From positions 2,442,846 to 2,506,845 of the forward strand of contig RHPI01002069.1 of the NCBI GenBank assembly GCA_009103225.1: a stretch of DNA of 64,000 bases, written 5' to 3'. The DNA is from Chlorokybus atmophyticus (Eukaryota > Plantae > Mesostigma and Chlorokybus algae). Positions 13,983 through 26,582 of this stretch are shown one piece after another. Position numbers and translations under genes: made by a program. Positions within the stretch are counted from its first letter, which is position 1. Every line of letters begins with the position of its first letter. The notes beneath the pieces were generated by a model, which worked only from the letters and a program-made list of their open reading frames with translations, did no database searches and was not told where the DNA came from.

Positions 13983-15285
13983 ATGGGAATCGGCATGATG
14001 GGCGGGGCTGCGTCCTCGTCCTCTCAAAGAGGTGTCCTTCTCCCAGTCCTGCTGGGCTTCCTGCTGGGCGCCCTATGCCTCTCCTTCCTGGGCGGCGCTC
14101 CGGGCAGGGGCGGCGGCGCAGGCCAAGCAAACGAAGTCTACACCCCAGTCCAGATCGCAGCCTTCAATGACGACCTGTTCCTTGGACCGCAAACTGGCGA
14201 ACCCACCCCTCCCAGGCTAAAAGGGTGAGCAAACGGTTGAATTGGGATGTTCTGTTCTTCTTGCCTTCGTTGGTGGTGTCGTCGTTGTTGGTGTGGTTGC
14301 TGCTGCTGCAATTATTCCTGTTGAGGTTACGGCCGCTTGTTGTCCCGGTGCATGCACACAAGCCTGAGCGTGTTATGTTCAAGGTGTGACGTGCTGCATG
14401 TTGTACCAACACAACCTGCGTGCGTATGCTTGCGACAATTGGCGTAGTGCTTACACAGACACGCATGTACGTGCGCTCATACTCGTGTCTCTGCACCCGC
14501 GCAGTTATGTTTACAAGAGCGTTTCCTACGAGAACGTGTACGACAAGACGTGGACTCAGGGTGGTTACCCTTCCCAATCCTGTTGGGGTTGTCGTTTTGG
14601 TGCCGACGTGATGTCTCGCTTGAAGTTCCACTCTGTTCTTGATGCCGGCACGGGCAACGGCGCTATGGTCCGCCTCCTTCGCTCCCACGGCAAAGCCGCT
14701 TATGGCATAGAACTCAGCCGCGCCGTGTTGGAGAAAGAGTGTCCTGACTTACTCAAGGCCGGGCTTGTTGAACCCGGCGTGTTGACAAACCTCCCGTATG
14801 CGGACAACTCCTTCGACATGGTCATGAGTAGTGATGTGTTGGAACACATCCACCCGGAGGAGGCCGACAAGGTTGTGTCCGAGCTCATTCGCGTGTCTCG
14901 CCGCCACCTCTTCTTGTCCATCAGTCTGAAGGGTCACACGAAGGTCACCGAGGGCAACGATGATGAGGCTCACCGTCACACCATGTTGAGGCCACGCGAG
15001 TGGTGGGAAGCCGTCTTTGCACGCCACGGCGCCGTACCCAACAGGGAGCTTCTTTGGGCTCTACAGGAGAGAGACAACCACTACGGCAAGGAGGACCCCG
15101 CATCACTCAAGAATTGCAGATGGGAGGGTAAGGGGGATGATGGTGGACTCTATGAAGTCTGCGTCGTGGAGAACAAGTGGCTCGTGGGACGACGCGAGCA
15201 GGAGAACCTACGCCGAGAGAGGTGCATCACCAAAGCCAACAGTGAACTCGAGCCATGGTTCTTCTCCTTCCGCAAGGTCCGGTAG
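13983..15285 (+). CDS. Membrane-anchored class I SAM-dependent methyltransferase (2 exons: 13983-14224, 14505-15285)
   Basis: Exon 1 has TM GVLLPVLLGFLLGALCLSFLGG. A phase-2 GT-AG intron follows. Exon 2 has VLDAGTGNG (motif I), YGIELS and LPYADNSFDMVMSSDVLEHI. Confidence 0.85.
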
Positions 15286-16599
15286 TGGCGTCCTTCTGGC
15301 TTGAGGGCCTGTTTGATTGTTGGCGATGTACTGGTGGGCGTGTACTATATGAACCTTGTGTAGGAGTAGGTAGCAACATATGTTTACAGTCTGGTGGTTT
15401 CTCCGCTCAGACTACTGCTTCTCTGACACAACAAGCACTTGTTGGATGCAAGTGACATTGACCTAGTGCTGCTGGCATCATGGGCCAGATTCGTGTAAAG
15501 TGGTGTGTCATATAAACTGCAACGAAAAGGAAGCAGAGCATGCCAACGCACAAGAAGGAGAGTGTTACCTTCTGGTTCGTATTGATTGAGCGCCTCCACT
15601 GGGTGGTGCACCTACATGTGCAGGTGCTCACCAACGTAATGCACCTGCTTATCACCGGTTGACAGAACTATGACGGTAATCAGGGACATGGCACATAATG
15701 GCGATGGCTGCAGGCTTCATTAGTGCAGCACTGCCATGCATCAGACCGCTGCAAACTGCGCACTATCGGCTTGTTATTCCATCCTAAAGCGTTCGTGCTG
15801 ATTGGGAACTATTATAGTAAAAACGCCATCTCACATTTGCCGTTCTTAACATCCTATTGTTATGCATGGGTTGACTCTTCCATCATCACCAAATACATCA
15901 AACCATGTGCTGTGGCTTTATGCTGCAAAGCTGCAGTGCATGAGCAACACATGGCTCAGCATTTGGAAATATTTATGCACAGGCACGCGCAACATTCCTG
16001 CTCACGCGCACACATGTATTGATCACAAGGGAAAAGTGCACGCATGCGCAGTGCGTCTCTGTCTCTTTGAAAGCAAGCTATATTTTGCTGTGTCTGCAAT
16101 ATGAGCAAAGAGGATGTGATCCGACATACGAATACACTGCCCTGCCTTTACCCACGCACACAAGAACGCGCATGCACACATCCTTCAGCACATCCACGCA
16201 CACTCTATGCTACTGCTGACTAGGTGTATAACATCATAAATGTGATGAGTGTGCGTGAAGTTCAAAGTGTCACAAGCAACAACTGTGCATATGTAACAAA
16301 GGCTGGCCCAAGCCTCACACGCATAGCATGGCACTGACTACCATAGAGGCGGTGGACTAGGTGCAGTCCCTCGCCACAGACAGGTTCCCACCTGTCCAAG
16401 CAAAGGTGAGAGTGTATACGCAAAGCATGCACGCGCATGCAACAACATAGACAACGATACTCACAACCTACGTTGTGTGCATGTGTATGTGTGCGTGTAA
16501 GCACTACCTGTCAAACCCTCGCGCGTACCGCCCACAAAGCCAAGCCCGCTCAACGCACGATTGAGCACTATGTACAAGGGTTTGACCAGTAACTCGCCT

Positions 16600-17900
16600 C
16601 CTACACACCCCACACTGCCTATAGGTGTTCAACACTAATAACACTTATGCCATGCTGCATGGATGGACAGCATATTATGATGTCTTCAACCACCCGGGCC
16701 GATGCTTGCATGAGCTCGCGCGCTTGCGCAAGTCAGAGGTTGAGGGAAGTGAAGGACTAAAGTTTGTCCCAGTGATTCTGAGCCAGCTCTGCCGCTGTCA
16801 ATGTAGGTTTTCCTGGACGATCCACACACTTCCACAATTTGAGTACGTACCAAGGCACGTCGTACAGCTGTACTCCCGGACGTTCAAGGCTGTTGGACCA
16901 ATCTGGCATTGGATGCGTCATGGGCCATCGCTTGAGAGGCACGTACCCTGTGTGAAACAAGGTTGAGACGAAGAGCAACTTGCACCAACATGCGGATATC
17001 GCCCATGTGTACATGGAACGTCAGAACGCACCATTTGGAGGTTGAACTGATGCCTCCAAAGGGTCACTCGCAACGCTGGCAGGAAACGGTAAGCCGCAAT
17101 TGGTATACTGGTACGTGTGATTCCGTGTGAACCACCTGTGCATGGACCAAACCAAAGCTGTCAAAGGCAAATGCGCCAACAGCTGGTGGGTTCCCTACCA
17201 TGCAGAAGCCAAGCGAGTAACTTACATGTAGAATGTTTGGTAGCCATCCGCCAAAGTATAACCGTTCTAAAGGTGCTCAAGATATCGTGTTTCACAATGT
17301 GCAAACCAGTAAACACTCTGCAAGAAATTGTTGCTTGACGCACAGAGCCGCTAAACTACTCATTCAAACGAACAACCCGTACGTTTATTATGCCGGGCAT
17401 CTTCTGCGAGAATCGCAACCTCCACTGAGCGCTTCGTGCAATAAAAGTCATACTTGTCCGGGAACGTCACGGTGACTCTCCTCACAGATGTCAGCGGCTG
17501 CTGATCAGTGACATAACACAGCCGATAATAGACACTGCGCTCGCCTGTGGAAACACAACTCAGATGTGTTACTATGCGGTAGAGTTGAAGTAACAGCTGC
17601 ACTATACAGATTGTGCAGAGAGCTGAGGTGCTTGTGGGCAGCAGGACTTGCGTTGTCAGCAACGACGGCAACAGCAAGCTGGCAACTGCAAACATAAATG
17701 AAGCTACATAGTGACTGAAACGTGTTTGACAGCTGTAGGAGTAGAGCACACTCAATCTGTGAAGCGCTGGAGTTGAGACTGCATGCGCAAGTGAACCTTT
17801 GCCAGAGTCAGAGAGAGCTGTCCAACTCCAGCGTGCAACCGCTGCTGCCGGGAGAGTCCTGCGCGCTCTCAAAGGTGCCGCAGCAGCAGCTGCGGCCGCG
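16600..17900 (-). pseudogene. Possible decayed multi-exon gene of unknown function
   Basis: Several GT/AG-bounded coding-like blocks (GERSVYYRLCYVTDQQPLTSVRRVTVTFPDKYDFYC; GYVPLKRWPMTHPMPDWSNSLERPG) with an in-frame stop and no clear start. No family recognised. Confidence 0.25.
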
Positions 17901-19990
17901 GGGAGAGCGCTTGCCGTCTGCAGCGTTGGCCTTGCCGTCCCTGTCTCGAGCTCTGCGCAGCCGCAACGACGTCAAAGGATTTCCGGCATGCCACTCGCAT
18001 ACACTGCTGCTCCGCACCAAGGAACCGCTGATTAAATACAAGAAGGTGCAGGTGCAAACGCATGCAGTTTGGAGAACACACCAGTGCAGCTTACACAAGA
18101 TTGCACGACACTTATTGCAGTGAGCAAAGCCCCTTGCAACCATTTGCGACAACTACAGCACCCGCTTGAACACTGCGCAGCCGCAATGCTGTCAGGCCGC
18201 AAGTTCACGAAACCTGACCAGACTTTGGTTGCCTCACAAGCAAGTCCTCCTCCGTTGCGTCCTTGTCTTCTCCATCGGCAAAAGGTAGGGCTTCTGTGTG
18301 CATTAACACTGATGTGGCTCGGTCCGTCTTCTTGGGCCAGGAGGCGCAGCTTCAATACACGGCGCCCCACCAGCTCATGGCCCACGCAAGCTCTGCAACC
18401 CGCATCCTGCAACCCTCGAACTCACTTCTTCAGCTGCAACCGCAAGCCCAGGGCTCCACCGCAGGCGGCCACCACCACGACCGCCGCCACCGCCGCCTGC
18501 GACAAGCACTGGGCTTGGCCCGACCGTCCGTGCCATAGTGGGGGGTGGGGTTGCGTGCCAAACGTGGGCGTGGAAAGCTCTCTCCTGACAGGTGCTGCAA
18601 GCATAAGGTATAATGAGGGGCGCGCCATCATACGCCATCACATAAACTCAGTCAAAACACAGAGCACTGACAGCATGGTCACAAAGACATCAACCCCAAC
18701 CCATCTATTACACTTACCACAACCAGAGTTAGGGGTTAACTAAGGGGGTTAGCTGTGTGCAATGCAAGACGCAGCAACAGCAGGCAGGCGTGGGCGAGAT
18801 GCAACGGCAATAGCCCGTATCCGCAGCAACCCCTTTTTATTGCAGCGAAGACCAAAGCGCGCAAAGCACTGCAAGACATTTACTTTTGCAACAGTCATTG
18901 CAACAATGATGGTATAATGATATGTTGATTCGAAGATGTTTGCTGATGCTGACAATGTGTGCTCAACTCAAATCCCATAAAGGCGTCATTTGATCCCATT
19001 ATATTTGTGAACATGCAATTACTACAAGCGACCAGTAGCTATAAGCCTTATAGCTGCTGAGCATCTCGCAAGAGACATGTGTGTCATCTATTGTCTCATT
19101 GCTAAGTGAGCACCAAGTGAACATGCATATTGCATATTATAACATGCATGTCGCTTGTACGGTGCGAGCAATTGCTATAATTGGCTTACTGTAATGGTTA
19201 CTCGAGCTGATCTTGATTATGACTAGTTTTATAAGCGTGTAATTTAAATGATGCTTATACATTCCGAGGGTACGGCCACAAACCGGGACGACCAACGTTT
19301 TTTGAAGCATCTGATTGCGGTTGCAAAATGAATGTAGTGCGTGGCGCTGCAGCCTTCATCAACGTTGACGGCCATACATGCATAGGTAAGTAGCCCCACT
19401 TGCGCCTCACAGCTACTGTTATGATATAACTAAAAAGATAGAGCTTGAATTTACCATATCGCATTTGTGGCGGATCTGACGAGATCGAGGGAGGACATGG
19501 GTGGACGATCATCTGAGGCATGTACAACCTGCTTGTGAACAACAACAGCTTGTAACATGCTAACGCAATGGCAACACCAAGCAGAAGACAGGCACGCGAT
19601 AACAGCTGTTATTTATAATTACCCGCACAGCTTGCCTGACCAATGCCTTCCTGGGGGGCGGGGGAGTTGTTAGCCTAGATGTAGTAGTTTAGCCCAGTGG
19701 TTGAATGTATGTGGGAATGCGCGCCTGCTGTATGCTGTGTGCTTGGTGACATATGCATAACACAATGCATGAGCAAGCACGCTCCGCATTGTTTGTACAT
19801 GCAACCGTCATGCGCAGAATAAATTGCGCAATAGCCTGCATGAACGTTGTAATGACGCATGCAATTGGTATGCATCATAGTCAAACAGATGCACACGCGC
19901 GTACTCAGTGCATAGACACGCAGCAAACAAAGACTAGGCACAAGCAAGCCAACCATTACTATCCCCCGCACATGCATGCAAATATGCAAA

Positions 19991-20272
<282 letters not shown>

Positions 20273-20671
20273 GGCTCAGCCGTGCCACTTGAGCTTCACA
20301 TCTTCAAGTGGAGCAGGTAGCTGCAGATGTGGACGGTGTCATCGATGGTTACTGACCGTTTAGGCATGCGCAACCGGTGTATCAAAACGTTCGCAACTCC
20401 ACATTTCTAAGTGTCACTCACAAACTGATAAACATCAATAACAAAACATGTATCCACCGCATTGTGAGCTTGGATTAAGTCTGCTTGTTAAGCAACTCTA
20501 CCGTTGGATATGTATTCGTCTGACGTTGTTACGCCTCATCCTTGGGCTGCAGCCTCTTGCATTCCCAGATACGTGCCGTGGAAGTCCTCATTCAGTTGCC
20601 TGACACTACCGCCCACGCAGGAAGGCCCTCAGCACCCCGTTGCAGTTTTTGGGGGGGAGAGGGAGGGGGGN

Positions 20672-20739
20672 CCGCATGTATTATGGTGTCACAACATGAG
20701 TACCGTAGCGCTCCAAAATGTTCATAAAAAGCTTCGTCA
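20672..20739 (+). repeat. 68 bp exact direct repeat of 25479-25546, embedded between G-runs
   Basis: ccgcatgtattatggtgtcacaacatgagtaccgtagcgctccaaaatgttcataaaaagcttcgtca is present at both positions. Confidence 0.9.
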
Positions 20740-20781
20740 GGGGGGGGGGGCGGATGATGGTGGCTCAGGAGCTAGTAGAGT

Positions 20782-22146
20782 TTAGTAAAGTAGTAAGCCA
20801 GCTAACGTACCACTTATTGCTGTTGTCACAACAACCCCGGCCAGCAACATCAACAGCAACACTTGTTTGACCATCCAACCAACGGCGCCGTACACACACT
20901 TACCACCACCGCGAAGGCAAGTTGACGGTTGGCTGTAACCTTCCCAAACCAACCAGCTCTCGGCTGCTTGCGCATTGTTACAGGCGAAGGAGGTGATAGA
21001 TGAAAGCGCGGCATGCTCCTGCTGCTGCTGCTGCTCCTTCTCCTCCTCCTTCGCCTTGTCCTCGTCCATGTCCTCCCCCACCTCGCTCTGTGCCGCGGGA
21101 ATGCGCCCTCGCAGCCAAAGGAGCGGCCCAACCAAACCAGATGCGTGCACACGAATGTGTGGGGGCACGGTGTATATACGTGTACAGGCAACTCCCTGTT
21201 CATCCCCAAATGTTGTCTCGCTGCTTTGCTACTTAGCAAAGCGAGGGAGAGAGAGAGCATCCATGCCTGCAGCCAGCCATTGAGCAACACAAAGACAGTC
21301 ACCGTCACACACACGCAACGTGTCTGCTCACACGCGCACTTGTGACGAACAACAGGGGGAGAGTGCATGCATGCAGTGTCTGTCTGTTGTATCTGCACTG
21401 TGTGAGCAAAGCATAGGTCTGATGAGCGCGCGTGTGCGCATGCATGATGAGCACCGCAAGCACAGCCACTGCATGAACGCGCCAATCTCAGTGCAATTGG
21501 CCACGTGCGCTTGCTGGAGAAGCTTGCATGTGCACGCGCACGTGGGTGTTTGTGTGCAGGTGCATGCGCATGCGTGCATGTGCGCGTGTGTGAACGTGTG
21601 CACGTATCTACCCATGTGACGATGCTTGCGGACAAGTGCGCACACGCGTGCAGACGCTGACAATCCCCAGATGAGCAAGCCAACCCACGCACACACGCGC
21701 ACACGCATGCACACGACGTTCCTAACTACTCTCCGTCTGTGCACCACGTTTGCTGACCTGCTTCACCTTGTGGCGTGTTGACCTGCATGTGTCACACTCC
21801 ATTTACCTGCATCTTAACCAATAGATTTGACACAGTGCTGCATATCTCAACGCAGAAAATTCAACCGCAACAGCCGTCAGCACACGGCAAGAAGAATTCA
21901 AATCAACAACCAAGCCACATGCCTTGCACACAACAAGCGTTGCTCCACACTGAGCCGCTCACATCCTAGGCAAGCCGATGGACCACAAGTACGCCTACAC
22001 CACCCCGCCGCCGCCGTCGTCACCACCAAAGTAGTATGGAACAATATCGTCCTGGTTGTCGTCCTTGTTGTCGTCGTCGGCGTCGTCGGCGTTGCTGTAA
22101 GCAATTTGCTGAGTGCTGGCGGGTGTGCCGTCCGTGTTAGCCCCAT
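20782..22146 (-). CDS. Possible spliced gene for an uncharacterised C-terminally anchored membrane protein
   Basis: Block 20782-21168 ends in a hydrophobic tail VLLLMLLAGVVVTTAISGTLAGLLLY*. A GC-rich block at 21950-22146 could be exon 1. Structure uncertain. Confidence 0.3.
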
Positions 22147-22154
22147 CTGGGGCG

Positions 22155-24811
22155 ATGGCAGGGTTGGGCGGTGACGGCGACGGCCTCGGCTACAGCCCCG
22201 AGGAGCTGACGGCCATGCTGCGGCAGTACGAGGCCATGACGGCCACGGGAGCAGCACCGCGCGTGCCGGAGCTGGAGGTGTGTATGCGATGGTGGTTGAG
22301 CACAACCATGAGTAGCATGCCCTTCTGAAGGCTGAAACAAGTTGTGCTTGTTGTGGTGGTATGGTTTGCCAGCACAGCCTTGCTGATGCCATGACTTGTG
22401 GGTGAGAGAGAGCTAGCAGAAGAAGTGTGATGACGTACTGTGCATGCAGGTGTTATACATTTTGCTTGTTGGTGGTTTGACAATGGCTGTGGCTCGCTGG
22501 TTGGTGCAACTCGAGCGTGTCTGATGGTGTCGTGATGCAAAACAGGACCTCATAACCTCACAGTTCTGTTGTTCTGCCCAACCATCAAACCCAACGCTGC
22601 TTATGCTAAAAAGTCCATGAATACTCATACTCCTGCATGGCATTGCCAAACACACATTGTCACTCATTGCTCTGGTTGTACAGAGCTTAATGAAAGCAGT
22701 CAAGTCCGGAGCTTCGCCAACTGTCCCAGCCGCACCATCAGTAAGTACACAATCTGCACACGCAACACTGATTGCAAGTCTCTCATTCACTTCTTCGACA
22801 CTCTTCGTCTCGTCACAGGCCAGTGAAGACATCCTTCCCGACGCCGGCTTTGTCGTCAAAACGCGTCTCCTCAACTCAACCGACCCGCAAGGAGAGTCCA
22901 AGAAGGTGTTTGGTGCATGCGTCAGTTGGATGTGTCTGCTAGACCCTACAGTTGTGGTTGTGGTCGATAGTGAATTGGTGACTTGTGTAGGTGTTTGTCA
23001 ACATCTTGCTGCTTTTCCAAACAATGTTAGTTGTTGTGTGTAGGTGTTTGTCAACATCTGCGGCAGCGCGCGCGTGCCTGCCCCAGGTGATTGGAAGAGC
23101 GGCGTGCCCGAGGAGGTCGAGAAGGCCATACGGGAGTTGGAGGAGGGAGGAGGAGAGGAGGGAGGGGAGGTGGTTGCAAAGGAGAGTGTGAGGTTCCCGC
23201 TGAGCATGAGCGAGGCGAGGGAAGACGTCGACCATAGTTGAGTGAGAGGGTTTGGTGCTGTTATTGTTGTTGTGGGTTGTTGTTGCTGCTGATGTTGTTG
23301 AGAATGGTGTTACTATTGCTGTTGCATCTTGTTGATGGTGGTGGTGATATTGTTGTTGTTATTGGTGGGAACCATTGTTTTTGCAGGTGGTGAGCCAAGT
23401 GTCGTATACGACGTGGTGTTCAACAGTGACGTGCTTCGCCAGGCCATGGTTCTGAGGCAGCTCAAGCTGTTCATCATTGACATGGCGCTGCAGTGGCTGC
23501 AGCAGAAGCACAGCATCCAACTAGACCCAAGTAAGTAGTGTGTGTGTGTGTGTGTCTCACATGCGTCGTTGCACTCTGCATGTTGTGTTGTTGAATCGTG
23601 TTGTGGTAATGTGTGTGTGTGCAGAGTATCGACTGCCAAGACTGGCTTACAAAGGCACACCAGTCCCGCACAAGATACGTGCTGAGCAGCGCGCTCTCAT
23701 CAGCGAAATAGCAGGTGAGTGTTTGTTTGTTTGAGATCGCTTCAACATGTTTGATAACAACAACTCAAGGATGCATGTCCTAACAGGTCAAAGAGATGAT
23801 GATCCCAGCCTGCCGCTGCGGCTGAAGCCAAAGGCTAAGCCTGTACACGCGCAAGCTGAGGCTGGCATAAGTGAAACAAAGCGTCTAAAGCAGCAGAAAG
23901 ACAAAGAGAAAGAGAAGGAAAGAGTTCCTCCAATGCCACAACCACCACCACAAAATGATGACAGGCCAAAGGCTGTGCAGGATCGCCTCAACATAACTGG
24001 CGCGCGCGAAACGGCCACAGCCAAGCTTGCACCGAGTGGTATGTACGCAAATGGGTGTATGCATGTGCACATGTGCAGATACATACATGTTTGTGTATGC
24101 GTGTGCGCGTGCGTGTGCGTGCGCGTGTAGGGATACTGATGTAGATGTGATGTCAGGGAATGCTGTGCCATTGGCCACGCCAGAGAGGCCACCCAGCCCT
24201 TCTTTGCCTCAGCCCGAACACAGTGTGGAGTTTGAGGGTGTGCCAGCCGTTGCTGTGGTGGTCATGGCGAAGCTTTCTAAGCTGGTGTGGTGCAATGTCC
24301 TTGTATGTATCAAAGCAGCACAACCAAGAGTGTGTACTGAGGAGGAGAGTGTGTCTGCCACAGGAGAAGGCGTCTGAAGTGAGGGTTGCTGTAGAAGTGG
24401 AGGAGCTGAGTATCCAACCCAGCCATAGTTATGGCCCGCTCACGGTGCGTGCATACACATTATACACGCATTTTCACGCAGTGTGTCCAGTCCATTGTTG
24501 GCTGTCATTGTCATGAAGTAGTGAGTTTCTCATGCCATCATTTCTGCAGGTGGCTTTGCCTTTCGCTGTGGACGCCAGATCGGCTGTAGCGACATTTCGG
24601 CCAAAGGACGGCAGCTTGCGGCTCTACTTGCCTTACAGGCCGTTCAGCGATGTGGTTGACGTGAGCAATGCGACTTGAGAACAAACCACACGACATCTCT
24701 TGTGTAAACAACTGATATTGAGCTGTACTTTTGCAGGAAATGAAGCAGTCTGCTCCGCACGCGCTGGGATCGTTGGAGCTGAGTGACCGCTCTTTTCTAG
24801 ACATCGATTGA
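22155..24811 (+). CDS. PIH1-domain protein (PIH1D1/MOT48/kintoun family, HSP90 co-chaperone) with C-terminal CS-like domain, about 10 exons
   Basis: Exons ILPDAGFVVKT...KK|VFVNICGSARVPAP..W, RFPLSMSEAREDVDH, VYDVVFN, LKLFIIDMALQWL, YRLPRLAYKG and VALPFAVDARSAVATF join in phase; stop at 24809-24811. Confidence 0.85.
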
Positions 24812-26582
24812 TTGCATTGATTGCGGGAGCGTTCTATGTGTTTTGGGTCAGGCACACACTCGTGTACATTAATGTGTCTTGTATGGCGTGTAGCAGTCAT
24901 GGTTTTGGTGGGAAGTGCAGAAACACGCAACGCATCTGCATGGAACCTTCCCATCTTGTCCACATTGCTGGTCCGACAAGGACCATTGCATACATGCGTG
25001 TACTGAACTTGCACAACATACTGGCGGTGCAGGCTTGCCAGGCGTGCTTGCTAGCAACTGTTTGTAAGCCGTTTTCTTTGTTCCGGTATCAGCCCTTCCA
25101 AAGGTAAAGACTCCGACCGCGTTTGTATCTATCAATGCTCGAATGCTATGTAGGAGCGTTGTTGCTGTTGAAGTCAATGCATACAACCATGGCCCCTAAC
25201 AAGATAAACCTAACTTATACCCGGTCAGAGACAATCGCACTGTTCGACAGCTGAACATGCCACCACTAGTTAAATGCAATGAGTAACACATCAAGGTCAT
25301 TATTCATTTAGTAGCGACATAGCCAATACATAGGCTCCTTGTAAATACTATGCCATATACAATGCCATGTGATGTGGTAAGCTCCATCATGCATGCATGT
25401 ACAACACATTGTACATTGTTCTTATACCAAGCTTGATTAAGTCACATAGTGAGAATCATGCAAGTTGCTTATGCACATCCGCATGTATTATGGTGTCACA
25501 ACATGAGTACCGTAGCGCTCCAAAATGTTCATAAAAAGCTTCGTCAATACATTTCATTTGTTTTTGGTTAAAACCCGCAAACCTATGCATTCCAGTCTAC
25601 TGTTACCGGAATGCATCAGTTGAGCCGTTGGGAAGTTAACAAAATTGTTGTAAAGTGCCCTCGCGAATTCATTTCTTTTATGAAGATTTTGTGGCACTAC
25701 AGTGATGTGAGCCACGGTGGCTTCAACATAAGGATGGCCATCGCACTTAATCATAAACACTTATAACATATGTTTATCACTAAAGAGATGCACTTTGTTA
25801 CAGATTGCACCGCAAAATTAGTTCAGCTTTTGTGTTAAGTTTATGGACCAAATTGTAATACTTGATTTTTGCAATATGATACTTGTTAAGCAACTCGGTT
25901 TCATTGAAAGCCAAATATGTTAGCTAGTTTTCATATATTGCATAATTGCAAGCGCAATAAGTGTGTCATTTGTAAATTTTCGATCGCCTAATGTGGTTGG
26001 GTTCCAAATTGCATAAGCCAATCAACGTGTCATCCATGTGTTTCACATTGTAAAGCCAAAACCGCTTCATGCAAGCTTCTCTGTACAGTCAAGCAATGTA
26101 GTGCATATATTATACATTATTATTACTGGTTTTAATGTGCTCATCACATAGTTGTACAATAACCAATCAGATTGCTTTAGGCCGTTGGCAACCACCTCAT
26201 TAAGAATTCTACACTATGCAGCCTGTTTTATGTAGTATATACCAGATACTATACGTAACGTAAATGAGTGTAGAGTCCACAACTTCTCAAACTCTTCTCA
26301 AGGATGGATGCTTAGATTGCAAGTTGTCACATGCAACATGCATGCCTTGCCGCAAAAATTGCGGCCAATTGCATTGCAACCACCTGCTGCCATCCGTGCA
26401 TAACGGTGGTACTTAGTAGTACTACTTCGAAATAACAACTCGATATGACTGCACTGAGAGCTATATATCTGTACTATGCAGCTGACATCGAGAGGTCACG
26501 AGCGCGAGGGGCACGACCGGTGATACAGATGCACTGATACTGATACTGATGGACTCTACCAGTGGCGGTTTGTTACGCCGTC

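Noticed and set aside
16262-16504. Kazal domain (WEPVCG)
   Set aside because: The required cysteines fall in intron-like sequence and the spacing is wrong.
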